This document shows, one piece after another, positions 20,584-27,856 of a stretch of 32,000 nt of DNA. The notes beneath the pieces were generated by a model, which did not search any database, was not told the DNA's origin, and saw nothing but the letters and a program-made list of their open reading frames with translations. The DNA lies in contig CAZNTE010000007.1 of NCBI GenBank assembly GCA_964575895.1, positions 24,723 through 56,722 on the forward strand. The letters run 5' to 3'. The first letter of the stretch is position 1. Each line of letters starts with the position of its first letter. Both the position numbers and the translations under genes were made by a program. Origin of the DNA: an uncultured Tissierellaceae bacterium (lineage in GTDB: Bacteria; Bacillota; Clostridia; Tissierellales; Tissierellaceae).

Positions 20584-20613
20584 AATGACCTAGCTTCATG
20601 AAGCTAGGTCATT
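20584..20613. terminator. Bidirectional terminator between the convergent Abi_2 and relaxase genes
   Basis: Perfect 30-nt palindrome AATGACCTAGCTTCA/TGAAGCTAGGTCATT, flanked by T/A-rich sequence on both sides. Confidence 0.75.
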
Positions 20614-20633
20614 CTTTATATTTGTACAAGTTA

Positions 20634-22007
20634 TTAATGCTCTCTCTTCCCATGAATACCAGGTTCTTTCCATTGCATATAAGTCTCTAGATTAGATTTT
20701 AAGAAATTTAATTGTAAGACTTTTTCTTTTTGTTTTTGATAATTGTGGTAACTTTCATTTTTCCTATATATTTCATTTTGAAGGTTTGCTCTCATCATAG
20801 GAAGGTCTTCCAGGCCTTTAGTATCAATATCTTTTAAGAATTCTTTTGAAGCCTCAAATAAAATTAATTCCTTGCTATATGCCTTGTGAAAATTAATTTT
20901 ATCTTCAGAGTTAATATACCTTGAATATAGAGGTTCTAGCCTATTGTAGTTTTCAATATTTTTGATTTTAAGGCTCATATTTTCTATATTATTTTCAATA
21001 GATTTAATATCCGATGCAATATTAGTTAATATCATATTTTCTCTTTTTAATATATCATAGAGTTCATTTTTAGAATTTATTTTATGGATAGACATTAGGT
21101 TAAGTGTCTTGGCCATATTCTTCATATTATGCTGTTTTGCCCATATTTCATAGCCTTTAAATTCTTGAACTTTAGCATTGTTTTTCAAATTAATAACTTT
21201 TCCAATACCGGAATCTAATACAGGCTTATTGTTATAGGACTTAGTCTTTTTATTATATTCTTCTTTTCTAGAAGCCCTATCTTTTAATCTTCTCTTAATA
21301 CTTTCTTCGGTATAATTATCTCCTATAGTTTTTGCTCTAGTAAATCTTTCCTGATCTTTGGCTCTAAAGGCAATATGCTTACCTTCCTTAATTTCATATC
21401 CCATAGAAGCCATTAATTTAAGGAAATCTTCCCAATCATTAGCTCTTTTAATAGCGTTGTCTATTGAGTATTGAAGCCTTGCTTTCCAGCTCTTACCCTT
21501 ACTTCGTTCTTGATATTCTTTATAAGATTTTCCTTTCTCCATACCTGGGTTTTCAATGATAGATAAGCCATATTCTGTGCATAATCTATCGCTAATATTA
21601 CGAATTTTATGGTAGGATTTTTTATTAGAATTATAGGCCTTACCATCTATATAGCTTACATTATTAAATAATATATGATTGTGGATATGGCCTTTATCTA
21701 TATGAGTGGTAAGTATATATTCATATTTTCCATTAAGTATATTATTCACTAAATTTAAGCCAATTTCATGGGCAATATCTGGAGTTAATATATCATCTGG
21801 GTCAAAGGATTGTATTAGATGTCTAGCAAAATTTTTACTAGAACTATTCCATGATTGTCTAGTCATTTCAAATTCTAAAGAAGCTGTTTCATGCCCACAG
21901 GCATGGGTAGATATTAAAATTTCCTCATCAGTTTTATCTGGATTACAAATATATTTAATACTTAAATCTAAGGTAGTTTTGATAGGATGGATTTTTGTAA
22001 CTGCCAT
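20634..22007 (-). CDS. Relaxase/mobilization nuclease (MobA/VirD2 family)
   Basis: 457 aa. The N-terminus MAVTKIHPIK...ARHLIQSF and the histidine triad HIDKGHIHNHILFN are typical of the Relaxase (PF03432-like) family. The C-terminus is coiled-coil. Confidence 0.9.
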   Translation of the reverse strand: MAVTKIHPIKTTLDLSIKYICNPDKTDEEILISTHACGHETASLEFEMTRQSWNSSSKNFARHLIQSFDPDDILTPDIAHEIGLNLVNNILNGKYEYILTTHIDKGHIHNHILFNNVSYIDGKAYNSNKKSYHKIRNISDRLCTEYGLSIIENPGMEKGKSYKEYQERSKGKSWKARLQYSIDNAIKRANDWEDFLKLMASMGYEIKEGKHIAFRAKDQERFTRAKTIGDNYTEESIKRRLKDRASRKEEYNKKTKSYNNKPVLDSGIGKVINLKNNAKVQEFKGYEIWAKQHNMKNMAKTLNLMSIHKINSKNELYDILKRENMILTNIASDIKSIENNIENMSLKIKNIENYNRLEPLYSRYINSEDKINFHKAYSKELILFEASKEFLKDIDTKGLEDLPMMRANLQNEIYRKNESYHNYQKQKEKVLQLNFLKSNLETYMQWKEPGIHGKREH

Positions 22008-22297
22008 AGGTCTTTCATCATCTCCTTTATTTCCTCTAGATCTTCAGCATAGATATTGCTTGTAGAATTAACTCTTTTTGCTATTTGATTCATATTGATA
22101 GAGAACCGTGTCATATTAGTATTCATTTCCCTGAGGGGCATATTATCTAATATAAATATATGTCCATCTATGGCCATCTTTCTTAGATATGCACCCATAT
22201 TTTTTATATTTGCTTCTTTCATATTATCTTCAATCAAGTTTTTTTCTTCATCATTTACATAGAATTTTATTTGTAGATTTCTTTCACGATTTGCCAC
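21968..22297 (-). CDS. mobC: MobC-family relaxosome accessory protein
   Basis: 109 aa. The motif FSINMNQIAKRVNS is MobC-like (NLNQIAr). GTG start with SD AAAGGAG. It overlaps the relaxase start by 40 nt. Confidence 0.85.
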   Translation of the reverse strand: MANRERNLQIKFYVNDEEKNLIEDNMKEANIKNMGAYLRKMAIDGHIFILDNMPLREMNTNMTRFSINMNQIAKRVNSTSNIYAEDLEEIKEMMKDLWQLQKSILSKLP

Positions 22298-22431
22298 AGT
22301 GTGTGCTCCTTTCTTTTGGGTTTTAACAGGGGATTGGGGATACTCCCCAACAAGCTATCATCTATTTTTCAAATAGGAAAATAGGGGATAAATCGGAAGT
22401 GGGTACTCACTTCCTGTGCTTGCTAATATTC
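22298..22431 (-). other. Candidate oriT region (three short inverted repeats upstream of mobC)
   Basis: The inverted repeats are TTGGGGA-TAC-TCCCCAA (22334-22350), CTATTT-TTC-AAATAG (22362-22376) and GGAAGTG-GGTACT-CACTTCC (22395-22414). A position just upstream of mobC/relaxase is usual for oriT. No nic site could be assigned. Confidence 0.3.
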
Positions 22432-22749
22432 TTAAAACCAAAAGGCAAGACCCCTATTTATCTGCCTATTAATCATTCCTAATGTAGTAGGGAAGAATGA
22501 TATTATAATTCGTATTAGGCCTAAGAATAAAAATAATATTAAGACGCCTATAAAATCTAATGTGGTATATGGCCTGGTAATAAGCTGATAAATAAACAAG
22601 AAACCAAAGATTGTAGTAAATATATTTAGAAAAACATTGCTTAATCCACTTAAGATAGAAACTATAATATTGAAACAAAACAGTAAAATAAGAAGTAAAA
22701 ACATAATCAATTTTATTGGTAAAAGAAAGATATTCCCAATTAATTTCAT
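22432..22749 (-). CDS. Small hydrophobic membrane protein (about 3 TM segments), first gene of the mob operon
   Basis: 105 aa and almost entirely hydrophobic (LLPIKLIMFLLLILLFCFNIIVSIL, FTTIFGFLFIYQLI, IGVLILFLFLGLIRIIISFF). SD AAAGGGG lies 9 nt before the ATG. Confidence 0.6.
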   Translation of the reverse strand: MKLIGNIFLLPIKLIMFLLLILLFCFNIIVSILSGLSNVFLNIFTTIFGFLFIYQLITRPYTTLDFIGVLILFLFLGLIRIIISFFPTTLGMINRQINRGLAFWF

Positions 22750-22780
22750 CTATATCAGCCCCTTTCTATATCTTAATTTA

Positions 22781-22809
22781 ATTTTACTAGATAATAATAT
22801 ACAAGTCAA
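22781..22809 (-). promoter_or_regulatory. Sigma-A-type promoter for the membrane-protein/mobC/relaxase operon
   Basis: On the minus strand: TTGACT (22809-22804), a 17-nt spacer, then TAAAAT (22786-22781). Confidence 0.45.
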
Positions 22810-22869
22810 TATAATAAGACAAAGCAATGTCCAGTTAATTGCAATCTACTATTATGACCCAAAGATTAA

Positions 22870-22898
22870 TGGACAATAATATGTCCGTGATTTATAAT
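22870..22898 (+). promoter_or_regulatory. Promoter of the WYL-regulator operon with an overlapping inverted-repeat operator
   Basis: TGGACA (22870-22875), a 17-nt spacer, then TATAAT (22893-22898). The inverted repeat GGACA-ATAATA-TGTCC (22871-22886) covers the -35 and spacer. A third TGTCC half-site lies at about 22828-22832. Confidence 0.45.
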
Positions 22899-22923
22899 AT
22901 ATTTAAGGAAGGAAGTTGAATTT

Positions 22924-23511
22924 ATGAAGACTAATCGAATGTTTGAAATAATTATGATATTACTAAACGAGGGCGAAGTTAAGGCTAAGGATTTAGCAGA
23001 AAGGTTTAACTGTACCACCAAAACAATATATAGGGATGTAGAATATATAAAAGACAGCGGGATACCAATTATAAGTGAATTAGGGCGTAATGGAGGCTTT
23101 AAACTAGGTGCAGGATTCTCAAAGAATAATAAGAACTTAAGCCTTAAGGAACAACATACAATTATAAAAGTCTTAAAAGACCACGGTAGGATTCCAGAGG
23201 AACAATTAGACGAGATTATGACAACTATAGAAGGCCTCTTTAAGGATGATAGTATAGATTGGATAGATGTAGACTTAGGAGACCCTAAGGTAAATGATTA
23301 TTTTGAAAAGCTAAGGTATGCTATTATAAATAATATCTTGGTAGAATTATACTTAGGAAATAAAGAAGATAATTCCCAAGTAATCAAAGCAAAGCCAGAA
23401 AGGATTTTAATTAGAAGAGATGGAATATATTTGGCTTTTACTAATTTGGCAGATGAAGAATTAGAGGGAATAAAGCTTGGAGAAATTAAATATGTAAAAG
23501 ATATTAAATGA
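22924..23511 (+). CDS. YafY-type HTH + WYL-domain transcriptional regulator (short form, no WCX extension)
   Basis: The N-terminus NRMFEIIMILLNEGEVKAKDLAERFNCTTKTIYRDVEYIKDSGIPIISELGRNGGFKL is a classic HTH_11/YafY head. The C-terminus KPERILIRRDGIYLAFTNLADEELEGIKLGEIKYV fits the WYL-domain pattern, with IYL in place of WYL. Confidence 0.85.
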   Translation: MKTNRMFEIIMILLNEGEVKAKDLAERFNCTTKTIYRDVEYIKDSGIPIISELGRNGGFKLGAGFSKNNKNLSLKEQHTIIKVLKDHGRIPEEQLDEIMTTIEGLFKDDSIDWIDVDLGDPKVNDYFEKLRYAIINNILVELYLGNKEDNSQVIKAKPERILIRRDGIYLAFTNLADEELEGIKLGEIKYVKDIK

Positions 23512-23571
23512 AGATTATTAACATAAGGTAATGATATTAATAAATATAGGGTACTTGAAGGAGGAAATGTA

Positions 23572-25368
23572 TTGGATATTGAGAAAATAGCGACATCATG
23601 TATTAAAATGTTGTTATCTAGAAGTCCTTATCTTCAACCAATAATAGATGATAACGATAAGACACCAGTTTGGGATGGTGATATTTTTGTATATAATACC
23701 AAAGACAGATACAAGAAAAATGAAAATTTGATTGGAAGAGTTCCAGTTCAAGTGAAGGGGCATGAGGTTGAAAAGGTAGATAATAATGATAAAATAGAAA
23801 CTATTAAGTTTAGGGTAAAGATTGAAGATATAAAGAAATTTTTAACTGATGGAGGAGTAATCTATTTTGTTGTACATTTAGACAAAAATAATCAGAAGAT
23901 TTTTTATAATTCTTTGTTGCCTTTAGATTTAAGTCGATTAATAAAAACATATAGTGATCAGAAAACTTTTATGCTTGAATTTAAAACCCTACCACTTGAA
24001 GAGAAAGATTTAGCGGATATATTTTTAGATTTTATTAGAAACAGAGAGAAACAGCAAGGTACATTAGTTACAGATATTCTATACACTCATGATATTGAAA
24101 AGATAAGAGATGAAATAGAAGGGTTTAGTTTTAGTTATAGCACTGTAGAACCTAGCAAATCCATTCCTTTTAGAGAGCTAACTACTAGGGATTTCTATAT
24201 ATATGCTAAGCCTAAAGGCATAGGAAATCCAATCCCAATTGAAAAAGTAACTAATGCAACAATCGATTTTGAAGAAAAATTCAAAATATCTATAGGTGAA
24301 AAACTTTATTATAATGATGCTTATATACAGTGGAAAGAAGGAAGAGCTAATATTATTTGTGGTAAAGCAATAAAAATTAATATGGGTGAAACCAATGACC
24401 AAAATATTGGCACCTTTAATATTAATATTAAATTTAAGGGGACTTTGAATGAACAATTAAATGATTTATATTTCTTAGAAGGATTAATTACAAATAAACA
24501 ATTAATTATTGACGGACATATGATCCCTTATGGCAATTTTAAATTAAATGATGAAGATCGAAATCTTTTTGATAGAATAAAACAACTAGAATCTTTAAAA
24601 CAGTGCCTAGAATATTATGGTGTAAAAATTGATTTGGACCTTGATTCCATAACTGAAAAAGATGATTTTAAAATAACTTTCTTAATGGATAAAAAACCAT
24701 CTACAAAAAAATACAAGATAGATTTATCTAATGTAGGTATTTTAGGATTAGACATTGCGAATATTAGGATTTTATTATTTGTGGAAGAGAATAAAGAAGG
24801 AGAGTTTTACAAGGTTAAAAGTTTTTTCAAGGGGACTTGGAAAGTTAATTATATTTTATACGAAAATAATGAAAAAATAAGAGTGAGTCAGTTTTTAACT
24901 TTGGATAAAGAATCTTTGTTAGTGGACAACATTAATTCTGAAAGTATAATTGCAGATATAAAAAAATATCATTCTGGGAATAAAAATCTAGAATTTGTAA
25001 ATTTATTTTTGTTGGAATCTATTAAGGCATATGATGAGTATAGTAGTCAACAAATTGAACTCAAAAATTTAATATATGACTTATCAAGATGGCTTTATAA
25101 CGAAAGTAAAGAGGATTATATTTTCTTAAACTTAGCTCAAATAAAATATCGAATGGGTACATTAGATAAATATGATATTGATAAGATAATAGATATTGGC
25201 AAATTAAATAAAGATAATATAGAAATACAAGTAGGCGTATCAATTTTGTTAAATAAAAAAGAGGATGCGGAAGCATTAATAAAAAATATGAATCCAGAGC
25301 TTAAAGACTTATTTATTTCTTATCCCATTTATCACCTATTGGAGAATTGTGATATACAGAATATTTAA
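23572..25368 (+). CDS. 598-aa protein: DUF4365-like PD-(D/E)xK nuclease-fold N-terminal domain plus a long C-terminal region I cannot assign. Candidate defence effector.
   Basis: TTG start lies 7 nt after SD GAAGGAGG. The N-terminus DKTPVWDGDIFVY...GRVPVQVKG...VKIEDIKKFLTDGGVIYFVV (motif codons about 23674-23757) matches the D-G-D...Q-x-K plus 'yw...pvylv' pattern that I associate with DUF4365. I saw no recognisable motif in residues about 170-598. Confidence 0.7.
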   Translation: MDIEKIATSCIKMLLSRSPYLQPIIDDNDKTPVWDGDIFVYNTKDRYKKNENLIGRVPVQVKGHEVEKVDNNDKIETIKFRVKIEDIKKFLTDGGVIYFVVHLDKNNQKIFYNSLLPLDLSRLIKTYSDQKTFMLEFKTLPLEEKDLADIFLDFIRNREKQQGTLVTDILYTHDIEKIRDEIEGFSFSYSTVEPSKSIPFRELTTRDFYIYAKPKGIGNPIPIEKVTNATIDFEEKFKISIGEKLYYNDAYIQWKEGRANIICGKAIKINMGETNDQNIGTFNINIKFKGTLNEQLNDLYFLEGLITNKQLIIDGHMIPYGNFKLNDEDRNLFDRIKQLESLKQCLEYYGVKIDLDLDSITEKDDFKITFLMDKKPSTKKYKIDLSNVGILGLDIANIRILLFVEENKEGEFYKVKSFFKGTWKVNYILYENNEKIRVSQFLTLDKESLLVDNINSESIIADIKKYHSGNKNLEFVNLFLLESIKAYDEYSSQQIELKNLIYDLSRWLYNESKEDYIFLNLAQIKYRMGTLDKYDIDKIIDIGKLNKDNIEIQVGVSILLNKKEDAEALIKNMNPELKDLFISYPIYHLLENCDIQNI

Positions 25369-25394
25369 AAAAGGGACTAACCAAAAGGCTAGTC

Positions 25395-25973
25395 CTACCA
25401 TTTCTTACTATAACCCAAGTCAAACTGGTCTTCAATCCATTGAGGAATGTTTTTAGAATTCCTTTCAGTGGATTTTTCTTTTTCCCGTCTTTCTTTTGCT
25501 TCTTTAGACAAATCCCTGGTTTCAATGCATATACCATTTTCAAATATAAACTCTTCTATATACTCATAATTATAGGGATGATGAAATCCCATATGGACAT
25601 ATAATTCATCAATAAAATTGTCACCTATAAGAAAAGAACCTGTATAAGAGATTGGCAAGTTTATATTTTTATATACTAGATTACCGGCCAATGCATAATA
25701 ATTATCCTTCCAATCATTGATTTCAAAGGCTTCTACGCCATTGAGTATAGGTGGATTTTCACTATCATGAGATGTGTAAAGATCCTTCAGCATTAGATTA
25801 TTATTTTCATCTATAGCAAAGATGGCGATATATCCTCGCCAACAGGCACTACATGAAACAATAGGATTTAATCCAAGTTTACTGAAATCAAAAAAGTTTT
25901 CAGGGTCCTCTATTGCTACTATATCTAGGTCACTTTTGTTAAAGCTTAATTTATCATTTATTTGGGCAGTCAT
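25395..25973 (-). CDS. Hypothetical 192-aa protein, third gene of the XRE-ImmA operon
   Basis: Strong SD AAGGAG lies 6 nt before ATG 25973, which is 29 nt downstream of the ImmA stop. I recognised no family. The tail is charged (KEAKERREKEKSTERNSK). Confidence 0.7.
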   Translation of the reverse strand: MTAQINDKLSFNKSDLDIVAIEDPENFFDFSKLGLNPIVSCSACWRGYIAIFAIDENNNLMLKDLYTSHDSENPPILNGVEAFEINDWKDNYYALAGNLVYKNINLPISYTGSFLIGDNFIDELYVHMGFHHPYNYEYIEEFIFENGICIETRDLSKEAKERREKEKSTERNSKNIPQWIEDQFDLGYSKKW

Positions 25974-26002
25974 ATCGGTCTCCTTTATAAAATAATTTTA
26001 AA

Positions 26003-26530
26003 TCAAGGTCTAATTTTTTTAAAGAAATTACCTTTTGGAGCATGTCTTAAATTATAGTTAGCTCCATATCTATTCATCTCGTTCATTTTAAATATCAAAA
26101 GATTTATATTTACATTTAAAATTCCTGCTATTTCTACATCCGTATGATTATCTTTTGCAAGTTCTGTTATTTCACTATCATCCAACAAAAGATGTGCTGC
26201 GAAAATATTAGCCTCATATTCTGGTTGAGAGGTTATATCAAATAGCTCATATTCATGAAAAGGACTATTTTTAGTTAAGTGTCTATGAAGAACATCATGA
26301 CCAAGCTCATGAGCAAGAACCATTCTCATCATATATTCATCCATTTGATTGTTTAGAAATATAAATCTTTTTCTTTCAAAAACAGCATATACACCTAATA
26401 AATCTTCAAGATCGTTAAGATATTTGACTGTAACATTAGACTCACTTGCTATTTGAAAAGGGTCATTGGTACCAAATTTATTAATAATTTTCTTAACCCG
26501 TTTATGAATTAAAGAGTTGTTGGAATCCAT
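26003..26530 (-). CDS. ImmA/IrrE-family (M78, COG2856) zinc metallopeptidase
   Basis: 175 aa. HEXXH motif is LAHELGHDVLH (codons on plus coordinates 26297-26311), with a downstream EYEANIFAAHLL motif. It lies immediately downstream of an XRE repressor gene. Confidence 0.88.
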   Translation of the reverse strand: MDSNNSLIHKRVKKIINKFGTNDPFQIASESNVTVKYLNDLEDLLGVYAVFERKRFIFLNNQMDEYMMRMVLAHELGHDVLHRHLTKNSPFHEYELFDITSQPEYEANIFAAHLLLDDSEITELAKDNHTDVEIAGILNVNINLLIFKMNEMNRYGANYNLRHAPKGNFFKKIRP

Positions 26531-26555
26531 ATAGCACCTCCAAATGAAACTTTAC

Positions 26556-26972
26556 TTATTTATCCTTATCCTTAAGATATTTTTTAGGAGTATATTTCTT
26601 GTTTTCTAGTTTTGCTTCAAAAAAGGCTTCCTGTAGGGCATCAAAAACTGCCTTCTTATCATTTTCTGAAAGTTCCCCACCTGCGAATAAAGCACGTGCA
26701 TCAGTAATTAATTCTTGAGCCCCTTTCATACCACGATATCCATATTTTTCACCAGCTGTTAAAACAAAGTCACTGCCTTCAGTTAGTAGATAATTCACAT
26801 CCACATCAAATTCTTCTGCAATTTTATGATAAATTTTTCGATATCTGGGCAATGTTTCACCAAGTTCATAGGACTTTAATGTTCGTAAAGAAACTTTAAT
26901 GCGATCGGCCATTTCTTGCTGGGTTAAATTTTCTAGTGTTCTTATTTCTCTTAGTTTTTCACCGAAAGTCAT
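26556..26972 (-). CDS. XRE-family HTH repressor (ImmR-like)
   Basis: 138 aa. The N-terminus FGEKLREIRTLENLTQQEMADRIKVSLRTLKSYELGETLP is a canonical Cro/C1 HTH. SD AGGAGGAGG lies 5 nt before the ATG. Confidence 0.88.
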   Translation of the reverse strand: MTFGEKLREIRTLENLTQQEMADRIKVSLRTLKSYELGETLPRYRKIYHKIAEEFDVDVNYLLTEGSDFVLTAGEKYGYRGMKGAQELITDARALFAGGELSENDKKAVFDALQEAFFEAKLENKKYTPKKYLKDKDK

Positions 26973-27023
26973 GGTGTCCTCCTCCTAGGGTGCAATACAA
27001 ATGCACCAAATTTTAAGTTTTAC

Positions 27024-27053
27024 TTGACAAGTGTATTTTAAATACACTATAAT
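27024..27053 (+). promoter_or_regulatory. Rightward promoter with an embedded 19-bp palindromic operator
   Basis: TTGACA (27024-27029), an 18-nt spacer, then TATAAT (27048-27053). The spacer is the perfect palindrome AGTGTATTT-T-AAATACACT (27030-27048). An extra half-site AATTACACT lies at 27071-27079. Confidence 0.55.
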
Positions 27054-27080
27054 TCAATTATGGGCGATTGAATTACACTT

Positions 27081-27109
27081 ATTATATAATGAGTTGCACC
27101 TTAAGTCAA
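27081..27109 (-). promoter_or_regulatory. Leftward promoter of the XRE-ImmA operon, positioned face-to-face with the rightward promoter
   Basis: On the minus strand: TTGACT (27109-27104), a 17-nt spacer, then TATAAT (27086-27081). The spacer contains GGTGCAA. That motif also occurs as the inverted pair GGTGCA-N7-TGCACC at 26988-27006 in the leader. Confidence 0.55.
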
Positions 27110-27190
27110 GAAAAAGGTTAAAGACTAAATTTACCAATGTAAAGAAAAACTTATAACAAATGGGGGGAGATTAAAATTGATATTAATAAT

Positions 27191-27487
27191 TTGATATTTG
27201 AACCATGTCAGGTTAAGGATGTTATAGGGTTAAATGGTTTTAAAAATAAAGGTCTGGTTAGCTTTGTTGCAAATGATAGTAAGGGAATACTTCCACACGA
27301 AATACCAAATGGTAGTTTTATATTTGTTAGGCCAGAAGATGATTATAATATTGGTGATTTCATAGTTGTTTATAAAAACGAACCCTTAGATAAAGATTTC
27401 AAGATAAAAAAGGCAGAAGAAAAAGAACCCTTATATTTTGGACGGATTATAATGACTGCTAAAAGTTTTCTCAAGGAAGATTTATAA
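27191..27487 (+). CDS. Small protein, paralog 1 of a tandem pair. Possible LexA/UmuD'-like (S24) beta-barrel.
   Basis: 98 aa, about 35% identical by eye to the next ORF (shared IG.N.FK..LV, GSF.FV, KIK.A and YFGR..M). VANDSKGILPHEIPNGSFIFV...GDFIVV...FKIKK loosely parallels S24 GDSM...DGD.v.v...Gdivv...vKrl. The start is unusual: the TTG is 21 nt from the SD (see findings). Confidence 0.6.
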   Translation: MIFEPCQVKDVIGLNGFKNKGLVSFVANDSKGILPHEIPNGSFIFVRPEDDYNIGDFIVVYKNEPLDKDFKIKKAEEKEPLYFGRIIMTAKSFLKEDL

Positions 27488-27529
27488 AAAAAAATATTTA
27501 AGATGTAGAAATGAAAGGGGAGCTTTTGA

Positions 27530-27856
27530 TTGAAAGATAAAAATTCATGTCATAAGCCTGTCTTTTCAGATGATATCATTGGTTTTAATGATTTTAAATT
27601 CAATAATTTAGTCTGCTTAATTGCTGATGGGGATTTACCACAGGGTATAGTGGACGGTAGTTTCTTATTTGTAGAAATAGGAACCTCTTTTAAGAAAGAT
27701 GATTTAATAATCATCAGATCTAAGAGTATGCCATATGAATATAAAATCAAATATGCAGATAAGATAGAGTCTGATTATTTTGGCAGGGTACTTATGGCAA
27801 CACAATTATTTGCCAGGGAGGAACCTAGTTATGAATATCAGAGAATTGAAAAATAA
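27530..27856 (+). CDS. Small protein, paralog 2 of the tandem pair. It lacks the Ser position seen in paralog 1.
   Basis: 108 aa. TTG start lies 8 nt after SD AAGGGGAG. It aligns with paralog 1, but the NDSKG segment is replaced by DGD. Confidence 0.65.
   Translation: MKDKNSCHKPVFSDDIIGFNDFKFNNLVCLIADGDLPQGIVDGSFLFVEIGTSFKKDDLIIIRSKSMPYEYKIKYADKIESDYFGRVLMATQLFAREEPSYEYQRIEK

Noticed and set aside
21461-22065. ORFs 21461-21646 (-) and 21706-22065 (+) within the relaxase/mobC genes
   Set aside because: One is an alternative frame and the other is antisense to the relaxase His-triad region. Neither has independent support.
22469-22879. ORFs 22469-22678 (-) and 22637-22879 (+) overlapping the membrane-protein gene and its promoter region
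   Set aside because: They are an out-of-frame ORF and an antisense ORF in very AT-rich DNA. The 22432-22749 frame has the SD and a coherent TM pattern.
22924-23511. The WYL regulator as the BrxR of the BREX locus
   Set aside because: It lies about 2.4 kb past the end of the BREX operon, which ends at the terminator at 20613. It is separated from BREX by a minus-strand mob operon. It has its own promoter and operator and its own downstream gene, and BREX has its own upstream HTH.
24178-25543. Minus-strand ORFs 24178-24456, 25061-25276 and 25313-25543
   Set aside because: The first two are antisense to the 598-aa gene. The third spans the convergent gene ends and is out of frame with the 192-aa gene. 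None has an SD.
27550-27830. 66-aa antisense ORF (27550-27750) and the 51-nt upstream extension of the ArpU-like ORF (27780-27830). A programmed frameshift fusing paralog 2 to the ArpU-like protein was also considered.
   Set aside because: The antisense ORF has no support. ATG 27831 has a good SD, so the extension is unnecessary. I saw no slippery heptamer in the overlap to support frameshifting.
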